A stretch of 64,000 bases of DNA, from NCBI GenBank assembly GCA_963676615.1, contig OY781092.1, forward strand, positions 1,344,001-1,408,000. Reading direction: 5' to 3'. Made by a program: the position numbers and the translations under genes. The notes below the pieces were generated by a model. The model made no database searches and was not told the DNA's origin. It saw nothing but the letters and a program-made list of their open reading frames with translations. Source of the stretch: Candidatus Cloacimonadota bacterium (GTDB lineage Bacteria > Cloacimonadota > Cloacimonadia > G963667145). Each line of letters begins with the position of its first letter. Position 1 is the stretch's first letter. This document shows positions 30,033-40,184 of the stretch, one piece after another.

Positions 30033-31178
30033 TTAATTTTTACAAAAAGCTTTCGCCACTCTGAAAATATTCACCAAACTAAACTCAAGGTCTTTTTCGG
30101 CAGTGGCAAAAATCTCTTGCAAACTGCCAGAACACCTAATGGCAGAAAAAACGCCGCTAAGCCCGTGGCTATACAAAGTATCGATATTGTCCTCCACAGA
30201 GCCGACCACCGCAATCACTGGCACGCCAAACTTTTGCCCCAATTTCGCCACACCCATCGGCAATTTTCCAAAAGTCGTCTGCCAATTCATCTGCCCCTCA
30301 CCTGTCACGATCAAGTCGAAATCGCCCGACTTCACCTTATTTTCCAAATCTATTTGCTCAGAAATTATCGAAAAACCCTGACGCAATTCGCCGTTCAAAA
30401 AAGCTATCAAACCAGCGCCCAATCCACCAGCAGCCCCCGCTCCTCCTATCTCGGCGACATCTGCACCAATTTTAGCGGTCACCACTTTGTTGTAACTGCG
30501 CATTCCTGTCTCGAGCTTTTGCAAATCCGCTTCCGACGCCCCTTTTTGCCGCCCATATGTATAAGTCGCACCATCTACGCCGCACAACGGATTGTTTACA
30601 TCGCAAGCCACCAGGCACTCAATCTTGTCGAAATCGAACTTGACCCCAGAATCGTCTATCGTTGCCACATCGACCAAATTTCGTCCACAGCCAGACAAAC
30701 TCCTGCCGCTTTTGTCCAAAAAACGAAAACCGAGAGCCTCCAACATTCCCATTCCGCAATCGTTGGTGGCGCTGCCGCCGATGCCCATTATTAGCCGTGA
30801 GCAACCTTTTTGCAAAGCGTCCAAAATCAGCTGCCCCGTGCCAAAAGTAGAAGCCAGCATAGGGTTCAAACTTTCTGAGTCCACCAAAGTAATCCCAGAA
30901 GCCGCAGCCATCTCAATCACCGCCGTTTTGCCGTCTCCCAAAATTCCATACTTCGCCTCAACCTCCGCTCCCAGCGGTCCACGAACAACTCTCGATTCAT
31001 ACCTGCCTTTCGTGTTCAGCACCAACGCATCCACAGTGCCTTCGCCGCCATCCGCCATCGGCACCTGCACGATTTGGGAATCCTCATCCACTTTGCACAA
31101 AGCAATCTCCGCAATCTGACAAAACCTCACCGAAGAAATCGTCCCCTTAAAAGAGTCGGGTATCACCAAAATTTTCAA
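30033..31178 (-). CDS. glxK: Glycerate kinase
   Basis: PDSFKG, ADGGEGT, GGSATND, GAGAAGG, TGEG; TTG start after GGAGG. Confidence 0.93.
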   Translation of the reverse strand: MKILVIPDSFKGTISSVRFCQIAEIALCKVDEDSQIVQVPMADGGEGTVDALVLNTKGRYESRVVRGPLGAEVEAKYGILGDGKTAVIEMAAASGITLVDSESLNPMLASTFGTGQLILDALQKGCSRLIMGIGGSATNDCGMGMLEALGFRFLDKSGRSLSGCGRNLVDVATIDDSGVKFDFDKIECLVACDVNNPLCGVDGATYTYGRQKGASEADLQKLETGMRSYNKVVTAKIGADVAEIGGAGAAGGLGAGLIAFLNGELRQGFSIISEQIDLENKVKSGDFDLIVTGEGQMNWQTTFGKLPMGVAKLGQKFGVPVIAVVGSVEDNIDTLYSHGLSGVFSAIRCSGSLQEIFATAEKDLEFSLVNIFRVAKAFCKN

Positions 31179-31220
31179 AAAATCCTCCCATTTCAAAATG
31201 AGAAAGTCATTATTAACCAC

Positions 31221-31248
31221 ATTATGCGACACCTGCAAAAAATGTCAA
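31221..31248 (-). promoter_or_regulatory. Putative sigma-70 promoter of glxK and permease
   Basis: Minus strand TTGACA-N16-CATAAT. Confidence 0.55.
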
Positions 31249-31309
31249 CCCAAAAAATAGCGCCTCTCCCCAATTTAATCAAAGAAAAGTTTGACAAAAA
31301 AATCGGAAA

Positions 31310-34300
31310 CGGCAAAAACCATAGCAAAAATAAAGAAAAAAAAGAGAGTTTTTATGAACACAAATAAACTTAAACAACTAATATTTAACACCCTAAAACA
31401 GGACGAAAGACTTTGGAACAAGGATAAAACAGAGCTAAACCAAACGCTTCTTTTGGATTTGGTAGAAAAAATTGATGAAACAGTCATTGATTTACTCCTT
31501 CAAGAAAAAGATTTGCGAGATAAGTTTTTTGTGAAAATAAATAAGAAATTCCCCTCTGATAGAGGGGTGGCATCGCAAAGCGATGACGGGGTGTTTGTTT
31601 TCAAAACCAACGATTTTCGGTTTTTTATGGAAGAAAACAAAGTCGATAACTCTTATACCGCTTATAAAAATAGAATTGGTCTAACTGATGGTAAAAAATT
31701 CCTAAAAGACACCAACGATGTTGTTTTAGATTTTCCTTATAAAGACTGTGTTTTAGAAGGTGGGCAAAGTAGTGAAGAAGGAACGGATACCTATTTTGAA
31801 TACGATGAGACCGTTACCAAAACACAAGAAAAGCAAGGATTAAAAGCTAAAACCTATAATCAAAAAACCGCTAAAAGAAAAGAGGTGTTTTTTAATCAAG
31901 TTTTGGCTCACGATGAGATTGATAGGCTTTTTGACCACAAAGCACTTACAAACTGGAAAAGGTTTACAAAAGACGGTGTTTCGACTTCGCTCAACGACCT
32001 TAAAATCAAAAGAGATGAAGACGGAACAATCAAAGAAAATTTGATTATCAAAGGAAATAACCTTTTGGCTTTACACTCTCTCAAAAAGCAATTCGCAGGA
32101 AAGGTGAAGCTGATTTATATCGACCCGCCGTATAATACAGGAAGTGATAGTTTTAAATACAACGATAAATTTCGTCACTCGACTTGGCTTTCGTTTATGA
32201 AAAACAGGTTGGAAGTAGCAAGGGAATTATTAAGTGCAGATGGAAGTATTTATATTAATATTGACCAAAAGGAGTCGCATTATCTAAAAATTCTTTGTGA
32301 TGATATTTTTGGAAGAATAAATTTTCAAAATGAAATAGTTTGGCTTTATACTGGTGGAACTGATAGAAAAAAAGGGTTTAATAGAAAATATGATAATATT
32401 TTATTTTATTCAAAATCCGAAAGTTATTTTTTTCAGAATGTATATGAACCTTTTTCTGAAGCGACAGTAAAAAGATTTAATAAAATTGATGAAAATGGTA
32501 AAAAATATAAAGAAAATACACTTTCAGATGGAAGAGTTACAAAAACATATATGAAAGAAGAAGGGAAAAAAGTTCCTGATTATTGGCATTTCCCAATAGT
32601 AAACAGAACATATGATGAATATTGTGGAATTGATGGACAAAAACCTGAAGCATTATTAAAAAGAATTATTGAAGCATCTACCACAGAGGGTGATATTGTC
32701 CTTGACTACCACCTTGGAAGTGGCACTACTGCGGCAGTTGCTCATAAAATGGGAAGGCAGTATATTGGCATAGAGCAAATGGACTACATAGAAACTATTG
32801 CTTGTGAAAGACTAAAAAAAGTTATTGCTGGTGAACAAGGAGGCATCTCAAAATCTATCCAATGGCAAGGTGGTGGAGACTTTATCTATTGTGAACTTGC
32901 AAAATGGAACGAAACAGCCAAAGAAAAAATCATTGAGTGTGAGAATTTAGATGAGCTTATCACATTTTTTGATGAAATGTCCGAGAGATACTTCCTCAAT
33001 TACAACCTCAAAATCAAAGAGTTTAGAGAAAAGGTTATCAAAGAAGAAGAGTTTAGAAATCTCACATAGACGAACAAAAGAAAATGTTTGTGGCAATGCT
33101 GGATAACAACCAGATGTATGTAAACAAAACCGAAATGGCAGACAGAAAGTTTGGGATAAGTGAAGAAAATCAGAACTTAACTTCACAATTTTATGGCAGT
33201 GAGAAATAACTATGGCAGGTATTAAATATGAAGATTTGCAGGTAATAAATGTTGACTCGGAATTAAGGGAGCTCAGAATACCTTATGAAAAGCTAGATAT
33301 ACCACAATATATTTCTGAAAACTTAAAATATCCATTTTTTGATTGGCAGAAAAAAGCAATGGAAAAATTCCTTGCATTTCAAGCAGTAAAAGAAATAAAA
33401 AATCCAAACGAGCCAACTCATCTTATGTTCAATATGGCGACAGGAACTGGGAAAACACTTTTGATGGCAAGTGCAATTTTATTCTACTATCAGCAAGGAT
33501 ACAGACATTTTCTCTTTTTCGTAAATCAAAACAATATCGTCGATAAGACAGAGAACAACTTTATAGATAACACGCATACAAAATATCTTTTCAAAGAAAA
33601 AATCGTCATTGATGATAAAACTGTAAACATTAAAAAAGTAGATTCGTTTAGCGATAATCCGCAAGGCATAGAGATTAAATTTACTTCTATTCATAAATTA
33701 CACAACGATATTCATACACAAAGAGAAAATCAAACGACTTTAGAAGATTTACAAAAGAAAAATCTCGTAATGCTTTGTGATGAAGCCCATAATTTTAATG
33801 CTCAAACAAAGAAAATAAAACAAGAGCAATTATTTTATGAAGCATTATCAAATAGCGTTGGAGATGGAACAATTGAAAGAATAGGCTGGGAGCATACCGC
33901 AAACGAATTAATTTTTAGAAAAAATAACAAAAACATTGAAAATAGAAATGTTTTACTTGAATTTACAGCCACAATTCCAACGGAAGAATCAGTTGCCAAA
34001 AAATACGAAGGTAAAATCATCTATAAATTTGGATTGAAAGAATTTCTACAAGCAGGATACACCAAAGAAATTAACCTTATTTCTTCCACTCTGGACAAAA
34101 AAGATAGGGTGTTACAAGCCTTGCTTTTTCAATGGTATAGACACAAAATCGCACTCAAAAATGGTATTGCAAACTTTAAACCAGTTATACTTTTTAGAAG
34201 TAAAACCATTAAGGAATCAAAAGCAGATTATGAAGAATTTTTGAACTGGATAGACAATATTTCAAGCAGTGATTTTGATTTTCTTCAAAATATTTCAGAT

Positions 34301-35984
34301 AAAATCGCACAAAGTAAAAGTTTGTATGAACAAGGGAAATCAAGAACCGAGCAAGTTTTAAACTTTATCAAAAAAGAAAAAATAAATTTTGGAGAAATAG
34401 CAAACTGGATTAAGCAAAGCTATCAAGAGAAAAACACGATTATAACAAACTCTAAAACAAATAACGCAGAAAAAGAAAAAACAGATGAAAAAACAGAAAA
34501 GCTCTTAAACAGTTTAGAGGATAAAAATAATCATATCAGAGCTATTTTTACTGTTAACAGGCTCACAGAGGGCTGGGATGTTTTAAATCTTTTTGATATT
34601 GTCAGGCTCTATCAAGGGCAAAATGCTGGCGGAAGTAACAAAAAAACTCCAAAGGCAACAACCCAAGAAAAACAGCTTATTGGAAGAGGTGTCCGATATT
34701 TTCCTTTTGCTTTCAGTGACAAAATCAAAAATAAAAGAAAATTTGATGATGATTTAAACCACGAGCTAAGAGTTTTGGAAGAACTCTATTATTACACCTA
34801 TGACGAAGAATCAAGGTATATTTCACACCTCAAAGAAGAATTGAAAAAAGACGGATATATTTCAGGTAACAGAACAGTAAAAACCTTTGCGCTTAAAGAA
34901 AATTTCAAAGAAAAAGAGTTTTACAAATCGGGAAAAATCTGGGTAAACAAACAGATAGACAATCCAAAAAGAAGAAAGAAAACACTGGAAGATATTGAAA
35001 AAGATTTTTTTGTGCCGTATAAAATCAAAGGTCTAGAATTTACTGAGCAAGAAATTGATTTTAACAAACAAGAAGATTTGCAAAGATTAAATTTACCAGA
35101 GAAAGGCTTACAAACAATTTCAATAAAATTTAAGGATATTGAAAAGCATATTGTTCAAAAAGCCATCAATATCAAAGCCCAGCAAGAAAACTCATTGTTT
35201 CAGTTTGAAAGACTAAAAGAAGAGTTGGAAATTGAAAGTATGGATGAGTTACAAACGGACAAACTTGCCAATTTTGATGTTCAAATAATTGTCAGTAAAA
35301 ATACAAATTATGACGATATTGATAATAGCGATAAGTTAGGTTTAGTCGTTAAATTTTTGGACAATGTTTTTGTAGAACTTAAAAACAAGATTGCTCCCAA
35401 AATTGGAAGCGAATTTATCGTAAAAGATTTTAAAAAGCTCTTTGCAGAGCCAAAAACAAAGACGATTGAAGAAGACGCAGGTTCTGAAAGAATTGCCAAA
35501 GAATTAGAAACTGAAAACTGGTATGTTTTGGATTCTTTTCATGGGACAGACCAAGAAGAAGATCTGATTGAATTTATAAAAAGCACAATTGGAAATTTAG
35601 AAAAAAAATACGAAGATATTTACTTACTTAGAAACGAAGAAGTTTATAAAATTTATGATTTTGAGCAAGGCAGAGGTTTTCAACCTGATTTTATTCTCTT
35701 TTTAAAAACAAAAGACAAATATAATTTTTCTGTAAATGCTTCTGAAATTAAAACACAACTTTATTATCAAATTTTTATTGAGCCAAAACAAAAAAAATAT
35801 ATGACTTCTAAAGATGAAATATGGAAAGAAAGGTTTTTAGAAGAAATCACTGAAAAATACGGCTTTGAAAAGATTATAAAAGCTGAAAATCCACATTATA
35901 GATTGATTGGCTTGCCATTTTTTAATAACAATCAAAATGGGAAATTCCAAAAAAATTACGACAAAATTTTCGGCAAAAACCATA
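31310..35984. mobile_element. AT-rich type III R-M island bounded by a 14-bp direct repeat
   Basis: cggcaaaaaccata at 31310-31323 and 35971-35984; interior is visibly more AT-rich than the flanks; no integrase. Confidence 0.6.
31354..33209 (+). pseudogene. mod: Type III R-M methyltransferase (Mod), frameshifted near the C-terminus
   Basis: IYIDPPY, KPEALL, DYHLGSGTT; frame stops at 33069 (ctc aca tag) while another frame continues DEQKKMFVAMLDNNQMYVN...FYGSEK to TAA 33209, 2 bp before res. Confidence 0.85.
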
Positions 35985-36001
35985 ATTATGACGAAGTTTG
36001 A
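33212..36001 (+). CDS. res: Type III R-M restriction subunit (Res)
   Basis: MATGTGKT, DEAH, FTAT, EGWD, QLIGRG.R, C-terminal QPDF...IEPK nuclease motif. Confidence 0.93.
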   Translation: MAGIKYEDLQVINVDSELRELRIPYEKLDIPQYISENLKYPFFDWQKKAMEKFLAFQAVKEIKNPNEPTHLMFNMATGTGKTLLMASAILFYYQQGYRHFLFFVNQNNIVDKTENNFIDNTHTKYLFKEKIVIDDKTVNIKKVDSFSDNPQGIEIKFTSIHKLHNDIHTQRENQTTLEDLQKKNLVMLCDEAHNFNAQTKKIKQEQLFYEALSNSVGDGTIERIGWEHTANELIFRKNNKNIENRNVLLEFTATIPTEESVAKKYEGKIIYKFGLKEFLQAGYTKEINLISSTLDKKDRVLQALLFQWYRHKIALKNGIANFKPVILFRSKTIKESKADYEEFLNWIDNISSSDFDFLQNISDKIAQSKSLYEQGKSRTEQVLNFIKKEKINFGEIANWIKQSYQEKNTIITNSKTNNAEKEKTDEKTEKLLNSLEDKNNHIRAIFTVNRLTEGWDVLNLFDIVRLYQGQNAGGSNKKTPKATTQEKQLIGRGVRYFPFAFSDKIKNKRKFDDDLNHELRVLEELYYYTYDEESRYISHLKEELKKDGYISGNRTVKTFALKENFKEKEFYKSGKIWVNKQIDNPKRRKKTLEDIEKDFFVPYKIKGLEFTEQEIDFNKQEDLQRLNLPEKGLQTISIKFKDIEKHIVQKAINIKAQQENSLFQFERLKEELEIESMDELQTDKLANFDVQIIVSKNTNYDDIDNSDKLGLVVKFLDNVFVELKNKIAPKIGSEFIVKDFKKLFAEPKTKTIEEDAGSERIAKELETENWYVLDSFHGTDQEEDLIEFIKSTIGNLEKKYEDIYLLRNEEVYKIYDFEQGRGFQPDFILFLKTKDKYNFSVNASEIKTQLYYQIFIEPKQKKYMTSKDEIWKERFLEEITEKYGFEKIIKAENPHYRLIGLPFFNNNQNGKFQKNYDKIFGKNHNYDEV

Positions 36002-36704
36002 AAATTCCCCTATGCCAAAATTGACCGACCTCAAAAAGAAGCGAAACCAAATTGACGCGGGCTGTGCTATCATCGAGGGCGACCGCCTCTTGCGGCAGCT
36101 CATCGCCAACAATGTGCCAATTTTGGACATTTTTTGCTGGCAAGAGCAGACTCATCCGTCGTGGCTGAGCGACTTTCGTCCCAAACTCATCAGCAAGAAA
36201 AAATTTTCCGCTTTGGCGCAAACCAAAACGCCGCAAAATTACATCGCTATCGCAAAGCGCTCCACCGCCAAAATCGGCGACTATCAAACTCTGCTCTATC
36301 TGGACAAAATCGCCGATCCAGGCAACCTCGGCACAATCGCCCGCACAGCGCTGGCTCTGGGCGTCGATGGCATAGCTCTCTCGCCCGACAGCTGCGATGC
36401 GTTCAATCCCAAAGCCATTCGCTCGTCGCTGGGAGCTGTTTTTTCGTTGCCTATCGAAACCAAAAATTACCAGTGGCTAAAAGAGCAAAAAGCTCAAAAA
36501 ATTTTGGCAGACCTATGCGGCACATCGATTTATCGCCTGCCACCGCTGCAGAAGAAAAAAATCTTGATAATGGGCTCGGAAGCCAGCGGCGCATCCAAAG
36601 AGGCGAAATCACTCGCCGAGCTGACAATCACCATTCCGCTCACGAGCAAAATGGAATCTCTGAACCTAGCAATCGCCACGGGCATTTGCCTGAGCCACAT
36701 CTAG
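35988..36704 (+). CDS. TrmH/SpoU family RNA methyltransferase
   Basis: IEG, DPGNLGTI.R, GSEASG, ESLNLA; start is either 35988 or 36012. Confidence 0.9.
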   Translation: MTKFENSPMPKLTDLKKKRNQIDAGCAIIEGDRLLRQLIANNVPILDIFCWQEQTHPSWLSDFRPKLISKKKFSALAQTKTPQNYIAIAKRSTAKIGDYQTLLYLDKIADPGNLGTIARTALALGVDGIALSPDSCDAFNPKAIRSSLGAVFSLPIETKNYQWLKEQKAQKILADLCGTSIYRLPPLQKKKILIMGSEASGASKEAKSLAELTITIPLTSKMESLNLAIATGICLSHI

Positions 36705-36710
36705 CGAATT

Positions 36711-37370
36711 ATGACGAAAATCAAAGACCTGCCGCCAGAAGAGCGACCAAGCGAAAAGCTGCTAAGCCGCGGCGCACAGCACCTGTCCGACCTTGAACTT
36801 CTGATGATTCTCATCGGCAGAGGCGTCAAAGGTCATTCCGTCCAAGAAATCTGCCAAAAACTGCTCAAACTCATCGACGAAAAAGGGTTCGACATCAGCA
36901 TCGACAACATTTTGGAAATCGACGGAATGGCGACCGCCAAAGCTGGAATGGTCTTGGCGGCTTGCGAATTTTTCCGCCGAAGAATCAAACCCAAAGGCTT
37001 CAAAATAAAAGAACCCTACCAAATTATGCCGCTGCTCTGGCACTATGGCGACCGCAAGCAGGAGCACTTTCTGGTCGTCAGCCTCAACGCCGCGGGCGAG
37101 GTAATCACCACCAGAGTCGTCACCATCGGGCTGATAAATCAGACGCAAATCCACCCACGAGAAGTCTTCTGGCAAGCCATAACCGATCGAGCCTCATCCG
37201 TAATTTTGGCGCACAATCACCCCTCGGGCAACACGCAACCGTCCAAACAAGACCAGCAAATCACCAAAGAGCTGCAACAAGCCGGCGAAATTTTGGGAAT
37301 AAAAGTGCTCGACCACATCATCTTTACCCAGCAAGAATACTACTCGTTCCTGGAGCATCACAAATTATGA
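36711..37370 (+). CDS. radC: RadC / JAB-domain protein (UPF0758)
   Basis: ERP.EKL...G...LSD.EL, HPREVF, AHNHPSG...PS..D, LDHII. Confidence 0.93.
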   Translation: MTKIKDLPPEERPSEKLLSRGAQHLSDLELLMILIGRGVKGHSVQEICQKLLKLIDEKGFDISIDNILEIDGMATAKAGMVLAACEFFRRRIKPKGFKIKEPYQIMPLLWHYGDRKQEHFLVVSLNAAGEVITTRVVTIGLINQTQIHPREVFWQAITDRASSVILAHNHPSGNTQPSKQDQQITKELQQAGEILGIKVLDHIIFTQQEYYSFLEHHKL

Positions 37371-38257
37371 CGACGAAAAAAAAACAGGCAAAAATCTCGA
37401 TAAAATTTTTTGACGACCGCCAAGTGCGCGCCATCTGGGACGACCAAAACGCAAAGTGGTGGTTTTCGGTCTTAGACATAGTTGCCGTGCTTACCGATCA
37501 AGACGATTACGCCAAAACCCGCAACTATTGGAAATACCTAAAAGCCAAGCTGAAAAAAGAAAATAACGAACTGGTTAGTGCCACTACCCAGTTGAAAATC
37601 GTCGCGCCTGATGGGAAAAAACGGTTAACCGATATGCTCGACTACGACGGGATTGTCGCATTAGGCAAACAATTCCCCAGCAAAAAGGCAAACCGCTTCA
37701 TAGAATGGTTCACCTACAGCGACCAGACCATCGACGGCAAAAGCAAAACCAAGGCTTACGCTCTGTTTGAAAGCTCTTTTATCGAGCACATCGAAGTTGG
37801 CACAACCAAAGGCTTGCAGCAAATCCACGCCTATCTATTTGGCGGACTATACGATTTTGCAGGACAAATCAGACAAAAAAACATCTCCAAAGGCGGCTTC
37901 CAATTTGCCATATCACGCTTTTTGGACGACACCTTAAAGCAAATCCAGGCGATGCCCGAAACCACATTCGCCGAAATTGTGAACAAATATGTCGAGATGA
38001 ACATTGCGCATCCGTTTATGGAAGGCAACGGCAGAAGCACTCGCATTTGGCTAGATTTGATCCTCAAAAAACGGCTGAAAAAGTGCGTTGACTGGAGCAA
38101 AATCGGCAAAAACGAATATATGAACGCGATGATAAAAAGCTCTGTGGACAGCTCGCTTTTGCAAAAAACACTCGAAGCCGCTTTGACCGACCAGATAAAC
38201 GACCGCCAAATGTTTATAAAAGGAATCGACTACTCCTACTACTACGAAGAAGCGTGA
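37367..38257 (+). CDS. fic: Fic family adenylyltransferase with N-terminal extension
   Basis: [12 protein letters not shown] catalytic motif; C-terminal SYYYE inhibitory motif; ATG overlaps radC stop. Confidence 0.92.
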   Translation: MTTKKKQAKISIKFFDDRQVRAIWDDQNAKWWFSVLDIVAVLTDQDDYAKTRNYWKYLKAKLKKENNELVSATTQLKIVAPDGKKRLTDMLDYDGIVALGKQFPSKKANRFIEWFTYSDQTIDGKSKTKAYALFESSFIEHIEVGTTKGLQQIHAYLFGGLYDFAGQIRQKNISKGGFQFAISRFLDDTLKQIQAMPETTFAEIVNKYVEMNIAHPFMEGNGRSTRIWLDLILKKRLKKCVDWSKIGKNEYMNAMIKSSVDSSLLQKTLEAALTDQINDRQMFIKGIDYSYYYEEA

Positions 38258-38341
38258 GAAACAATCAAAAACGCTCAAATTCAGCTAACTAAAACTCTCC
38301 AAACAACTTGACAAATTACCTAATAAGACAACTTTTGCAAA

Positions 38342-38686
38342 ATGAAAGACATTCGATATTATGTATCACCCAACGGCAAATGCTTCGTCACAGAATTTTT
38401 AGACAAGCTCAACAAAAAAGTTATAACTAAATTTGTGTGGACTTTGCAACTGATTATCGAAGAAAAAAATATCCCAGACAAATACTTTAAAAAGCTCAAA
38501 AACACAAACGATATTTGGGAAGTAAGAGTAAATTATGACGGAAACGCCTACAGATTTCTAGGTTTTTTGGACGGAGAAACTTTAATTATCTTAAATCACG
38601 CTTTTGCCAAAAAATCGCAAAAAACACCAACCAAAGAAATTCGGACGGCAGAAAAAAGGAAGGAGGAGTATTATGAGCGCACTTGA
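38342..38686 (+). CDS. higB: RelE/HigB-family toxin
   Basis: FKKL....IWEVR....YR...LNHAFAKKSQKTP..EI; upstream of an HTH gene. Confidence 0.85.
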   Translation: MKDIRYYVSPNGKCFVTEFLDKLNKKVITKFVWTLQLIIEEKNIPDKYFKKLKNTNDIWEVRVNYDGNAYRFLGFLDGETLIILNHAFAKKSQKTPTKEIRTAEKRKEEYYERT

Positions 38687-38966
38687 TAGATGTATAAAAT
38701 TCGAAGACCACTTGGAGCAAATGAAAAAAAAGGATTCCGAGTTCAAAAAAGAGGTCGAAGAAGGGTATGAGGCTTTTCGGCTAGGGGCTTTACTGCGGAA
38801 CGGCAGAAAAGAGGCGCATCTGACTCAAGAACAGGTTGCCAAAAAAGCCAACACAACCAAAAATTTCATCTCACGCCTCGAGAATCACGCCAAAGACGCG
38901 CGACTATCTACCCTCATAAAATATGCAAACGCTTTGGGGAAAAAGCTAGAAATCAAAATCGTCTAA
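38673..38966 (+). CDS. higA: XRE HTH antitoxin
   Basis: R....LTQEQVA....TTKNFISRLEN...STL; AGGAGG RBS. Confidence 0.85.
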   Translation: MSALDRCIKFEDHLEQMKKKDSEFKKEVEEGYEAFRLGALLRNGRKEAHLTQEQVAKKANTTKNFISRLENHAKDARLSTLIKYANALGKKLEIKIV

Positions 38967-38982
38967 CCAAATCGAGAAAATT

Positions 38983-39726
38983 ATGACCAAACAAATCGAA
39001 AAAATCTGCTCATTTATCACGGAGCAAGTAAGAGGCAACGGCTTTGAAAAAGTCGTCATCGGGCTATCTGGGGGCATCGACTCTGCCGTTGTGGCGTTTT
39101 TGTGCGCCAAAGCTCTGGGAAAGGAAAATGTCTTTGGGCTGATGCTGCCCTACAAAAGCTCGCATCAAGCCAGCCTCGACGACGCTCTGGCGGTGGCTGG
39201 CGCCTTGCAGATAGACCATAAAATCGTGCCGATTACGCCGATGGTGGACAGTTATTTCGACGGCGAAACACCCGAAAAATTGCAAAAAGGCAACTTCTGT
39301 GCACGGATGCGAATGTCGGTGCTGTTCGACTACGCCCAACGAAATCGCGCCCTTGTGGCAGGCACAGGCAACCGCAGCGAGCTGCTCATCGGCTATTGCA
39401 CAATCTACGGCGATGGCGCCTGCAGCTTCGAGCCAATCGGGCATCTCTACAAAACAGAAGTTTGGCAAATGGCAAAAATTTTGGGAGTGCCAAAACAGAT
39501 AATCGAAAAGCCACCCACAGCAGATTTGTGGGACGGACAGACCGACGAGCAAGAGCTAGGACTCGACTATCTCACGCTCGACAAAATCCTCACAGATTTC
39601 CAAGAAAATCTACTTGACAACAGACAGCTGGCTCAAAAGTATGGCAAGACGAAAGTCGAAAGAGTCGTTTCTCTTTTCCGAAAAAGTGCATTCAAAAGGG
39701 TAATGCCGCCAATTCCCACAAGGTAA
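38983..39726 (+). CDS. nadE: NH3-dependent NAD+ synthetase
   Basis: GLSGGIDS, N..AR.RM, GTGNRSE, YGD, PTADLW.GQTDE. Confidence 0.96.
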   Translation: MTKQIEKICSFITEQVRGNGFEKVVIGLSGGIDSAVVAFLCAKALGKENVFGLMLPYKSSHQASLDDALAVAGALQIDHKIVPITPMVDSYFDGETPEKLQKGNFCARMRMSVLFDYAQRNRALVAGTGNRSELLIGYCTIYGDGACSFEPIGHLYKTEVWQMAKILGVPKQIIEKPPTADLWDGQTDEQELGLDYLTLDKILTDFQENLLDNRQLAQKYGKTKVERVVSLFRKSAFKRVMPPIPTR

Positions 39727-40184
39727 AGGTTATGAAAAAGAAAACAAAAATCTCACAACTTCAAGAACAAATTTTGCAACAAGAAGAGCCATCAATTGAG
39801 CTAATCAACGAGTATCTGCTCGAAAAATTCCCCGAGATGGAGGAAGAGTTTCAGCATCATCCACTAGAAACTTTGCAAAAAAAGAGCGAGAAAAAAATCG
39901 CCAAAACAGCCACAAAGACAGTCACAAAAAAAACAGCAAAAAACACTGCGAAGAAGAAAACTGCAAAGAAAAAAGCAGCAAAAAACACAGCGAAGAAAAA
40001 AGCACAAAAAACCGCAAAAGAGTTTGAAGAAAAAACAGAAGACGAAAAAAAAGAGATGTATCGCCAGATACTTTTAAGCACAATCAAAGCCGCCCTTGAG
40101 CAAAACAGCGACTATATGGACGACGAAAAAGAGGGCATTTTGAAATGGGTGAACAAGCAAACGCTGGAAGAGCTAATCGAAATG

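Noticed and set aside
28535..31358. 13-bp inverted repeat (gagtttttatgaa) around permease-glxK as an invertible segment
   Set aside because: Both copies are RBS plus ATG contexts of divergent genes, low complexity, and no invertase is present.
33067..33123. TAG readthrough or alternative genetic code in mod
   Set aside because: In-frame continuation is short and not Mod-like; the plausible tail is in another frame, and TAG ends other genes normally.
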